Assembly (NCBI RefSeq): GCF_047711275.1
Contig: NZ_JBLNIG010000002.1
Span: 515,929 to 547,928, forward strand
Direction of reading: 5' to 3'
Origin: Candidatus Nitrosocosmicus sp. FF01
GTDB lineage: Archaea; Thermoproteota; Nitrososphaeria; Nitrososphaerales; Nitrososphaeraceae
Length of the DNA: 32,000 nucleotides
This document shows positions 9,366-17,340 of the stretch, piece by piece (the stretch's first letter is position 1; each line of letters begins with the position of its first letter). The notes under the pieces were generated by a model. It had not been told where the DNA came from and did not search any database. It was given only the letters and a program-made list of their open reading frames with translations. Made by a program: the position numbers and the translations under genes.

Positions 9366-9887
9366 ATGAAGGGCACGTCCACAACAGATTTTGATAGGCC
9401 GGATTGGGATACGTACTTTATGATACAAGCCTTTTTAGCCAAACTTAGAGCAAATTGCCTTACAAGGCAAATCGGAGCAGTTATAGTTAAGAATTATAGG
9501 CAAATATCAACCGGTTACAATGGTACTCCTTCGGGCTTTACTAATTGCTATGAAGGTGGGTGTAAAAGATGTTCTGATAGGGTAAAAGGCGCAATTAAAT
9601 CGGGAGAAGGTCTTGAGCGATGTATATGTGTGCATGCTGAGGCTAACGCAATAATGCAGTGTGTTATGTTTGGAAATGCCGGCAGCACTAAAAATGCCAC
9701 TCTGTATTCTACTCTTTCACCATGCATAGAATGTAGTAAGATGGCGATTACAGTTGGAATTGACAGAGTTGTTATATTGACTCGGTATGCCGAGGACGGG
9801 ACTGCTATACTAAAGCAGGCTGGGGTAAAGATCTTGGAAATGGATCCGTCAAAATTAGAATCTTGGATTGAAAAAATGTTCAAATAA
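9366..9887 (+). CDS. dCMP (deoxycytidylate) deaminase, ComEB-type
   Basis: 173 aa. Zinc-binding deaminase motifs HAEANAI and PCIECSKM. The N-terminal WDTYFM block is typical of dCMP deaminases. Confidence 0.85.
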   Translation: MKGTSTTDFDRPDWDTYFMIQAFLAKLRANCLTRQIGAVIVKNYRQISTGYNGTPSGFTNCYEGGCKRCSDRVKGAIKSGEGLERCICVHAEANAIMQCVMFGNAGSTKNATLYSTLSPCIECSKMAITVGIDRVVILTRYAEDGTAILKQAGVKILEMDPSKLESWIEKMFK

Positions 9888-9962
9888 TTGTGAAATGGTA
9901 CTTTTACTACAAATCAGTGAATAATTTGCATTAACTGTTTAAAACTCTAAACTAATAAGAAC

Positions 9963-9984
9963 AAAACAAAAAAAAATAAAAAAA
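9963..9984 (-). terminator. Poly-T terminator of amoC copy 1
   Basis: The minus strand reads TTTTTTTATTTTTTTTTGTTTT directly after the TAA stop. Oligo-T tracts are the usual archaeal termination signal. Confidence 0.55.
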
Positions 9985-10548
9985 TTAAGGAACTGATCTG
10001 CTGTAGAGTTTTCCTTCTAGTGCTAGTTTGTACATTTCTGCTACGTATGGGTTTCTTGCAGGCGTTTCCGCACCCAGCTCCACCAAACGTGCATATACCC
10101 TAACTACATAGGCCAAAGCACCCATAAATGCTACTACTACACCCATGTTAAACATCCAGTGGTTTGGTACAGAGAATATCTCTTCAACAAACCAAAAGTG
10201 CCACATTTCATTGATACCTATAGTAAACATGGTTGCCAAGTAACCGATAATGGTGATCTTTAGACCAGTATTCATTGAATTGTTTGGTCCTCGAAGTACT
10301 GGAACTCTTCTGTCATACATTGCAACAAATCCCCAACCTAATGGAAGTGCAATAAAGTGACTGTACAACCACCAGTGAGCTGGTGTAAATGCACTATCTC
10401 TAATTGCTGTTTGGTGTAGTGATCCATCAACAAAGTTATCTACTTCTACTGATGCAGCAATAGATCCTAGCATGATGACCATCAGATAGATCTTTTTTAG
10501 TCTTTGAATTTCAACTTCTTTTGGAATTAATGCTGGCATTTGGGCCAT
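9985..10548 (-). CDS. amoC: Ammonia monooxygenase subunit C (archaeal), copy 1
   Basis: 187 aa. MAQMPALIPKEVEIQRLKK..., VEVDNFVDGSLHQT.IRDSAFTPAHWWLYSHF, VPNHWMFN and ENPYVAEM are characteristic archaeal AmoC blocks. Several predicted TM helices. Confidence 0.93.
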   Translation of the reverse strand: MAQMPALIPKEVEIQRLKKIYLMVIMLGSIAASVEVDNFVDGSLHQTAIRDSAFTPAHWWLYSHFIALPLGWGFVAMYDRRVPVLRGPNNSMNTGLKITIIGYLATMFTIGINEMWHFWFVEEIFSVPNHWMFNMGVVVAFMGALAYVVRVYARLVELGAETPARNPYVAEMYKLALEGKLYSRSVP

Positions 10549-10579
10549 AATCTTTCTTCAACATATCTTCCAGATTTAG

Positions 10580-10587
10580 GTATATAA
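10580..10587 (-). promoter_or_regulatory. TATA-box-like element of amoC copy 1
   Basis: The minus strand reads TTATATAC, 31 nt upstream of the ATG. It lies inside the duplicated segment. Confidence 0.4.
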
Positions 10588-10773
10588 GATATTAAGTATA
10601 AAAGTTACAAATGCAAATAGGACAATATATAGAAAATACTATTCTTATATGTCAATAGTATAGAAATTATATAAAAGTGAACAAATAATGGATATTGTGA
10701 AGTAAAGCATAGCTGATTAGCGGGAGTGATAAAAAGGTCCAAACGATAAATAATTAGTTATCTCTAAATTGAG

Positions 10774-11472
10774 ATGTTGGATCCATTCATCTTTTTTGAT
10801 CTGGGACAAACTTTGATTGATGAATGGAGTTTTGTAGCCTATTTTGATAACCTGTTGTTTAAGACTCTCAACGACTATGGTGCAAGAGTAGATCGGAGAA
10901 ACTATACTGCACTGAGAAATAATTTAATTCTGGATAGAAAGTTTGGAACTTCTGGATTTTTGGAACTGGTCCCTCTAATATCTAAACTAATTCTCCCCCG
11001 TGGATATGAATCAACGATTAACGATGTTTTGATGGAAGATTTACTACGTAACAAGAGAGAGTTAATCAAATTGTTCGACGAAGTTCCTAAAATAATTCCG
11101 CAGTTGTCCAAAAAATATTCCCTGGGAATTATTAGCAACAATTCATCAGGTTCTGCAAACCTGCTACGAAGACATGATCTCGATAAGTATTTTGATGTGG
11201 TGTGCTTGTCTGAAAATATCGGTTTTAAGAAACCGGATCATAACATATTTCAAAAGGCACTGGCTGATGCAAATTTAAGTATCAATAAATGCATAATGGT
11301 CGGAGATAGATTAGACATAGATATAATGCCAGCTAATGAGCTTGGGATGAAGACTATTCGTACTCTGAATTCTTTGTACAAAATTCAAAGAGCTAGAAAT
11401 GAGAAGGAAACACCGCTATTTACAATAAATTCTTTAACAGAATTACCTGAGATATTGTTACGCATTGGTTAG
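10774..11472 (+). CDS. HAD-superfamily hydrolase (subfamily IA-like) with a non-canonical motif I
   Basis: 232 aa. FFDLGQTLID (motif I with Gly where the second Asp is expected), ISNNS (motif II), KPDHNIF, VGDRLDIDI (motif IV). Confidence 0.7.
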   Translation: MLDPFIFFDLGQTLIDEWSFVAYFDNLLFKTLNDYGARVDRRNYTALRNNLILDRKFGTSGFLELVPLISKLILPRGYESTINDVLMEDLLRNKRELIKLFDEVPKIIPQLSKKYSLGIISNNSSGSANLLRRHDLDKYFDVVCLSENIGFKKPDHNIFQKALADANLSINKCIMVGDRLDIDIMPANELGMKTIRTLNSLYKIQRARNEKETPLFTINSLTELPEILLRIG

Positions 11473-11906
11473 GCCGACTCTATCAATTTCGATATGTTTT
11501 TCCAGTGGTCATCAAGCTCGTCTGCTGGGATATTTTTCTTGTCAAATAATGAATGAATTGACCTATTTCTTTCTGATTCAGAAGCTGGAATAATGTGTAC
11601 ATGGAAATGGGGAATCTCTTGCCCTGCGTCCCTCCCATTATGAATGCTTATTAGTGATGAACTACCATCCATCGCCTTTTCAATTTTATCAGTCAAAAAA
11701 TGTAGTGCACTAAAAATATCACTATTTTCGCCAATGCTTAGATCCTGAATTTTAGGTCTGTGAGTTTTAGAAATTAAAAGCGAATGACCTTTTCTTAAGG
11801 GAAACGCATCTAAAATCGCAATTGAATGTTCAGTTTCATATATTTTTCTGGTCTTTATGTTACCTTTTATGATTTCACAAAATACACACTTGTTTGGACT
11901 CATCAT
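11469..11906 (-). CDS. HIT-family (histidine triad) nucleotide hydrolase/transferase
   Basis: 145 aa. C.FC.I near the N-terminus and the histidine triad HFHVHIIP. Confidence 0.85.
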   Translation of the reverse strand: MMSPNKCVFCEIIKGNIKTRKIYETEHSIAILDAFPLRKGHSLLISKTHRPKIQDLSIGENSDIFSALHFLTDKIEKAMDGSSSLISIHNGRDAGQEIPHFHVHIIPASESERNRSIHSLFDKKNIPADELDDHWKNISKLIESA

Positions 11907-11996
11907 ATTTATTCCTAAATGTGCTCATAATAATAAAAGATTACAATATATTCTGATTCACCAAGATTAATAAAATTGAACTAAAAAGGATATGAC

Positions 11997-12557
11997 ATGA
12001 ATAAAACATCAATTCATGAGAGGCCTTTAGTTACAATTCTGATGAACGAAAATATTGCCAAGAGTTTAAGCGATCCTCATAGGCTAAAAATTTTGGATTT
12101 TCTTTACCATAGAAATCTGTCGACTAGAAATCTGTTTGATTTATTAAAAAAAGCTAAATACGATATAGCCATGACTACCTTGAGACATCATATATTAATA
12201 CTGAAAAAAAATGGTTTGATAAGTATCCAAAGAAAAGAAGAGGTTAAAGGGAAATTGGTAAAGTACTACAAATCCAATGTAAAGATGTTAGTATATGAAA
12301 ATTTTCCATTTGTGACCTTTGCACGAGATAGTAAGGAAATTGTCAACTTGTTATATCCAAAACTCTACAAAGTTATAAAAAAAATTATCATAAATGAAAA
12401 GGATTTGATCTCCACTATTTTATCTGATGTTAAATCAAGATGCAAAATATGTAGAACTTATCACTACGCGGAATTTTTACTTTTTATGGTTTTTAACATG
12501 GTTATAGCAAAAGTATTGCGAAAATTACTCAAGACAGTTTTGTCCCCAACGGTATAG
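11997..12557 (+). CDS. ArsR-family winged-helix transcriptional regulator with a C-terminal extension
   Basis: 186 aa. LSDPHRLKILDFL....ST..L.......TLRHHILILKKNGLI...KEEVKGKLVKYY is an ArsR-type HTH plus wing. A hydrophobic C-terminal segment is present. Confidence 0.6.
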   Translation: MNKTSIHERPLVTILMNENIAKSLSDPHRLKILDFLYHRNLSTRNLFDLLKKAKYDIAMTTLRHHILILKKNGLISIQRKEEVKGKLVKYYKSNVKMLVYENFPFVTFARDSKEIVNLLYPKLYKVIKKIIINEKDLISTILSDVKSRCKICRTYHYAEFLLFMVFNMVIAKVLRKLLKTVLSPTV

Positions 12558-12700
12558 TTTTTGGTTTCGATTATAGCGGTTGTTATAAAGCAAATAACGG
12601 CACTAATAATGCTATTTCAAATCAGGCAATCCCAGATCCTCTTTTTTGAGATTGCAAACATTATTTTAAAATACTAAAAAGTTCTTAAATTATCTAACTC

Positions 12701-13699
12701 ATGTCCCCTTTTCTTTTACTTAAGAATGTAAATAAGATCTTCCCTATTCATAGAAATTTGTTTAGTTTTTTTTCAAAGTCCAATCATATTCGAAAAGTAA
12801 TAGATAACGTATCATTGGAGGTGGGCGCAGGCGAAGTAATGGTTCTAGCTGGCGAATCTGGATCCGGAAAAACAACTTTGGCCAAGCTCATAATGGGATC
12901 ACTAACACCAGACAGCGGCACGATCTACTTTGAAGGAAATGATGTTCAAGTTTTGAAAAAGAAAAAAAAGTTTTATTCATTGATACAAATGATCCATCAG
13001 GATCCTTATAGTTCGCTTAACCCGCATCTCAAGGTTAAAGATATAGTTATGGAGCCACTAAAAATACATGATAGAGGATCCAGTAGTAAGGAAGAAAAAA
13101 TAGAGCAAGTACGTATCGCTTTACGTAGAACTAAACTTGAACCAGTAGATGAATTTTTAGATAAATATCCGACAATGCTCTCAGGGGGACAAAGACAGCG
13201 TGTTTCTATTGCACGGGCTATTGTAAAAATTCCCAAGTTAATTATCGCTGACGAACCAGTTTCCATGCTGGATATTTCTGTTAGAGCCGAAATCTTATCA
13301 TTGCTTAATGATTTGAGGAAATCTCTGAATATTTCTATTATATATATTACTCATGATCTCGCTACTTCTAGATTTATCGGTGACAAGATTGGAATAATGT
13401 TTGCAGGAAATATTGTGGAATATGGGGATATCGATGAGGTATTACACAACCCACTTCATCCATATACTTGGATGTTACTTGATGCCGTTACATTTGCTTC
13501 TACTGAATCCAAATTCTACAAGACTTTCTCTGGCTCGAATACTTCTGCTGCTGCTTTGCCATTAAAAGGGTGCAAATTTTACAACCGTTGCAAATTATCT
13601 TTTGCTGATTGCACCCAAGATATCCAACAATTTAATATCAATAAGAAGCATGCTGTTTCATGTTTTTATTACAAAAATGTCGTTACCAACCTAAACTAG
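12701..13699 (+). CDS. ABC transporter ATP-binding protein, oligopeptide/dipeptide (DppF/OppF) type
   Basis: 332 aa. Walker A GESGSGKTT, signature LSGGQRQR, Walker B LIIADEPVSMLD, H-loop ITHDL. Opp/Dpp-type C-terminal extension (HPYT, GCKFYNRC...C). Confidence 0.85.
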   Translation: MSPFLLLKNVNKIFPIHRNLFSFFSKSNHIRKVIDNVSLEVGAGEVMVLAGESGSGKTTLAKLIMGSLTPDSGTIYFEGNDVQVLKKKKKFYSLIQMIHQDPYSSLNPHLKVKDIVMEPLKIHDRGSSSKEEKIEQVRIALRRTKLEPVDEFLDKYPTMLSGGQRQRVSIARAIVKIPKLIIADEPVSMLDISVRAEILSLLNDLRKSLNISIIYITHDLATSRFIGDKIGIMFAGNIVEYGDIDEVLHNPLHPYTWMLLDAVTFASTESKFYKTFSGSNTSAAALPLKGCKFYNRCKLSFADCTQDIQQFNINKKHAVSCFYYKNVVTNLN

Positions 13700-13752
13700 A
13701 ATAATCTTAAAATTTCGATTCTCTTGCCAAGAATACTTTTAGAGTTATCAAA

Positions 13753-16700
13753 TCACTGTGCTTCCACTTTTACCTTGCTAGGATGATTATATTTTACCAC
13801 TTGAGATATTCCGTTCTTTGGATAAACTCCAAAGATTAGATCTGATTTAGCAACTGTAGAATCTTTAAGGGTTACCATTATTATCTGGTTATTTATGGAT
13901 CTTAGCATTAATATTTTTGATAACCTGTCAGTATTTTGAGCGTCGAGGTGAGCATCTACTTCATCCATCAGATAAAAAGGGGATGGTTTAAGGGACTGCA
14001 AGGCTAGGAGAAATACTATAGCTGCCATTGTCTTCTCACCACCAGATAAGGAGGTAGATTCTCTTGCAGGTTTGTTGGGAAACTGTACCATCAACAGGAT
14101 TCCTCCCGAAAAAATATTTTCCGGATTTTCTAGTTCTAACCAAGCGTTACCACCTGTAATATCAGAAAAAGTCTTTCTTATATCTTCATCAACCTTTCTA
14201 AAAGCATCTATGAATTGATTTTCTTTTTCCTTTGCTATCTCCTCAATGAAACCCACGATTGAATTTCTCTCTTCCTCAAGTTGATTTCTTTTGTCGGATA
14301 ATCCCCTATATCCTTCTATTATTTCCAAATATGTTTCGTCTGCCCTAAAGTTAACTTGATCTTTGATACCCTCAAATTCTTCTTTTAATTCACGATAAAG
14401 TGTATCCACATCAAAACTTTCCAGCAATGTTTTGTGACCCAATCTTGCAAGTTCATTACTCTGATTTACAAATTGATTTTCTAAATCCATGATATCTTTT
14501 CTCAGAAATCCTAGGTCTTTATCTAATTGATTTAATTCTCGACTAGTACTTTTCTCTTGCTCACTCAGTCTTTTGTTTATATTTTCATACTCTTGCAATT
14601 TTGTATACGTTAAACTAGATGATTGTATTATTTCATCCTCTTTTTCTCTCAAAATTTTCATTTCTGACTCAATTCTTTGGCTTTCTAATATGGCCTTATC
14701 CAAGAAATTTTTCTTCTCAATCTTCTCGACTTGTAGGCTTTCATATGCCTCTTTGGCTCGGTTGTATAAACGTGAATTACTTTCCAAATTGTTTGCAGTC
14801 ATGGATTCTGTCAGCTTTAGCTGATTTAGTTTGATGTTAAGAGATTCCATTTCTGCAACAATTGAATTTTTCTCCTCTTCTATCTTTTCTATACCTTTAT
14901 GATCTATTCTTTCTTCTATTTCTCTTATTAGTAAATTGAGCCTTTCAATGGTATTTATTATGATTGTGAATCTCTTTTCAAAATATTTTAAATCAAGGAA
15001 AAGCTTGTCAAGAAATGAACTGTGTTCTGCATTTAAAGTATAAAGTCGATTTAAATTCTTTTGATTTGTAGATATTACATTCTCTGCTTCCTTTATTTTC
15101 TCTATGATATTGGATCTTTCGTGATCGTAATTATCAAGTTCTTTTGATTTGGCGATTCTTAATTCATTGAGATCATTTAGTTCTTTAACTCTTAGCTTGG
15201 TCAATTCCCTTAACTTTTCTATATTTATTTTTAGATTTTCGATAGAATCAGAAAGTAACAAGTCCTTTGTAATATCTGCAATCTTTGAACCATAATCGAA
15301 TTGCATCAGAGATAAATCCGGGAAAAAGATTTCTCCAGTTATCGATACTGCTTTAAATCCTTTTTTAGATAGTATATAGGCGGTCAATGGATTCTTTGTG
15401 AGTATTATATTTCCAAACAAGAATTCTGACAAGTATGGTATCTTGCTAGATACAAAGTCTGATAGAACCCCTAGAACTGATGGATTATCTTCTACGTTTC
15501 TTATTCTATCTACTACAAGCAATTCCTGTGGAATGATTTTTAAAAAATTTATTCCCTTGTTTTTGGAAAATTCAGCAAGTGTGATCATACTTTTGATATC
15601 TTTGACTACTATTGATTTCATCCATTCGTTTCCTGATGCTATTACGGCCTTTTGATATTTTTCGTTCCACGTTAGTAAATTAAATACGTATCCTATTACT
15701 CCTAGATTCTCAAAATCTTTTGATAAAGTTGCAATGGCATAGTCTTCTGTCAAACTATTCTTTGCAAGTTTGATCTTTTCATCATATTTTATGATTACTT
15801 TATCTGCATTTTCTATAACCGACTTTGATGTATTTGTCTCTTTGTTCATTTTTAGAAATTTTTCCTCAATTTTTTCTTTTTCACCCCTAAATGCATTTAA
15901 TTCCTTGTCCATGAGGGTAATTTTTGATCTTGAATTACTTACTATCCTTTCAATTTCTTTATTTCTTGCAAGTATTTGAAATATTTGTGAATCGTTCTCT
16001 TTTATCTTTGATGAATCGTTCTTAATGTTCTCTTCTAATCTGGCAATGTTTATTTCGATTTTGCCCTTTATAGGTATCAATTTGTTTATTCTATTTATCA
16101 AGAAATTCTTTTGATTTATATCATCCGAATTTGATTTCTTTATTTCATTAAATTGCTTATTTTTCGCCTCCAGTGAATTTCTCAGATTAATTTGAGTCTC
16201 TTCTAAAGAACGGATTTCTGGTTCGATCTTTTTGAGTTGGAGCTGAAGTTCATTAATTTTCTTCTGATGTGTTTCCTGTTCAATCTTATTTGATTTTTCA
16301 TTCTGTACAATCTGATTAAAATGATATTCTGCTTCCTTAAGAGCGGATCTTGTCTTTTGATATTCGAAGTTTGCCGCCGATAGTTTCTTTTCGTGCATCA
16401 TTTTCTCATTGGTAGAGGCGTTTGCTTGAATAAGAAACTGTTCCTTATCTTTATTTGCATTTTCAATTTGTGAGCTTAATTCATCCAATTTTTTTGAAAT
16501 TTCTATATTTTTCTCCTCCTTGTTTTTTTGCTCTTCTTTAAACTCTGCAATTTTATTTGTTAGGTTATTGAGACTTCCAGATAATCTAATAGCCTTTAAC
16601 CTGTTAATTTCTGATTCTATTTGCGAATATCTATGTTGATAGTTTCTTTCCTCTTCTAACTCATCAATTCTGTTTCTAACCTCGCCCATTTTGGCCAAAG

Positions 16701-17283
16701 CTATTTCTAGCCTTCTGTCTGATTCTTCCAGTTGCTTATAGGCTTGCTCTTTTTTTTCATCAAAATACGATAGCCCGATGATATCTTCTATGATTTTTCT
16801 CCTATCTTCTGAATTGAGTTCGGAAATCCTTGTGATCATTCCCTGCTGAACAATGTTAAGTTTATTGGGCGAAGCTACTACTATTTCCATTAGTTCTAGA
16901 ATGTTATTTCTTGACACCCTTTTCTTATTCAGATAATATTGACTTTCACCTGTATTGCCTCCAGACATTTCTCTTGTAATGGTAACAAGATTGTCATCTA
17001 TTGGGATCCCTCTATCCTCATTGTCAAATGTTACACTTACTTTTACCACTTTGTGAGGGTTATCACTAGCATCACTATCATGAAATAATGACTGAAACTT
17101 GTCTACTCGAAGAGCCTTTGGGCTATTCTCTCCTAGAGCGAATATAATGGCATCAAGGATATTGCTTTTTCCAGACCCATTTGGACCGGTCACTGCTATT
17201 AATCCCTTCTGAAAATTTAAAGAAATATTCTTTGAACCAAATGATTTAAATCCAAAAACATCTAATTTTTTAATATAAACCAA
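13753..17283 (-). CDS. smc: Chromosome segregation protein SMC
   Basis: 1176 aa. N-terminal Walker A GPNGSGKSN, long coiled-coil arms, a central hinge region, C-terminal LSGGEKT and Walker B YLMDEVDAHLD. Forced TTG start (MVYIKKLDVFGFKSF). Confidence 0.92.
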   Translation of the reverse strand: MVYIKKLDVFGFKSFGSKNISLNFQKGLIAVTGPNGSGKSNILDAIIFALGENSPKALRVDKFQSLFHDSDASDNPHKVVKVSVTFDNEDRGIPIDDNLVTITREMSGGNTGESQYYLNKKRVSRNNILELMEIVVASPNKLNIVQQGMITRISELNSEDRRKIIEDIIGLSYFDEKKEQAYKQLEESDRRLEIALAKMGEVRNRIDELEEERNYQHRYSQIESEINRLKAIRLSGSLNNLTNKIAEFKEEQKNKEEKNIEISKKLDELSSQIENANKDKEQFLIQANASTNEKMMHEKKLSAANFEYQKTRSALKEAEYHFNQIVQNEKSNKIEQETHQKKINELQLQLKKIEPEIRSLEETQINLRNSLEAKNKQFNEIKKSNSDDINQKNFLINRINKLIPIKGKIEINIARLEENIKNDSSKIKENDSQIFQILARNKEIERIVSNSRSKITLMDKELNAFRGEKEKIEEKFLKMNKETNTSKSVIENADKVIIKYDEKIKLAKNSLTEDYAIATLSKDFENLGVIGYVFNLLTWNEKYQKAVIASGNEWMKSIVVKDIKSMITLAEFSKNKGINFLKIIPQELLVVDRIRNVEDNPSVLGVLSDFVSSKIPYLSEFLFGNIILTKNPLTAYILSKKGFKAVSITGEIFFPDLSLMQFDYGSKIADITKDLLLSDSIENLKINIEKLRELTKLRVKELNDLNELRIAKSKELDNYDHERSNIIEKIKEAENVISTNQKNLNRLYTLNAEHSSFLDKLFLDLKYFEKRFTIIINTIERLNLLIREIEERIDHKGIEKIEEEKNSIVAEMESLNIKLNQLKLTESMTANNLESNSRLYNRAKEAYESLQVEKIEKKNFLDKAILESQRIESEMKILREKEDEIIQSSSLTYTKLQEYENINKRLSEQEKSTSRELNQLDKDLGFLRKDIMDLENQFVNQSNELARLGHKTLLESFDVDTLYRELKEEFEGIKDQVNFRADETYLEIIEGYRGLSDKRNQLEEERNSIVGFIEEIAKEKENQFIDAFRKVDEDIRKTFSDITGGNAWLELENPENIFSGGILLMVQFPNKPARESTSLSGGEKTMAAIVFLLALQSLKPSPFYLMDEVDAHLDAQNTDRLSKILMLRSINNQIIMVTLKDSTVAKSDLIFGVYPKNGISQVVKYNHPSKVKVEAQ

Positions 17284-17340
17284 AATTATATTGTATTCCT
17301 ATGGTCCTTTTCTTTATTATTTCTTTTTGTTTTTTAACTA

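Larger units (their letters stand above)
9963..10732. repeat. 770-bp direct repeat, copy 1 (complete amoC transcription unit)
   Basis: Hand alignment to 23500..24269 (offset 13,537). Identical except 10294 A vs 23831 T and 10501 T vs 24038 C. The sequences are unrelated immediately outside both ends. Confidence 0.95.

Noticed and set aside
9963-10732. The amoC repeat considered as a mobile element (IS or MITE).
   Set aside because: It has no transposase, no terminal inverted repeats and no target-site duplication at the boundaries that I can see. The content is exactly one promoter-CDS-terminator unit, so segmental duplication or gene conversion explains it better.
14573-15979. Plus-strand ORFs inside smc (14573..14824, 14619..14834, 15398..15655, 15770..15979). 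Similar antisense ORFs lie inside other genes, for example 1392..1634, 3061..3340, 4902..6299, 9548..9883, 17987..19675, 20255..20521, 22329..22821 and 25512..26184.
   Set aside because: All lie antisense to long, motif-supported genes. All have Ser/Phe/Leu/Ile-rich composition typical of the reverse strand of Lys/Glu/Asn-rich coding sequence.
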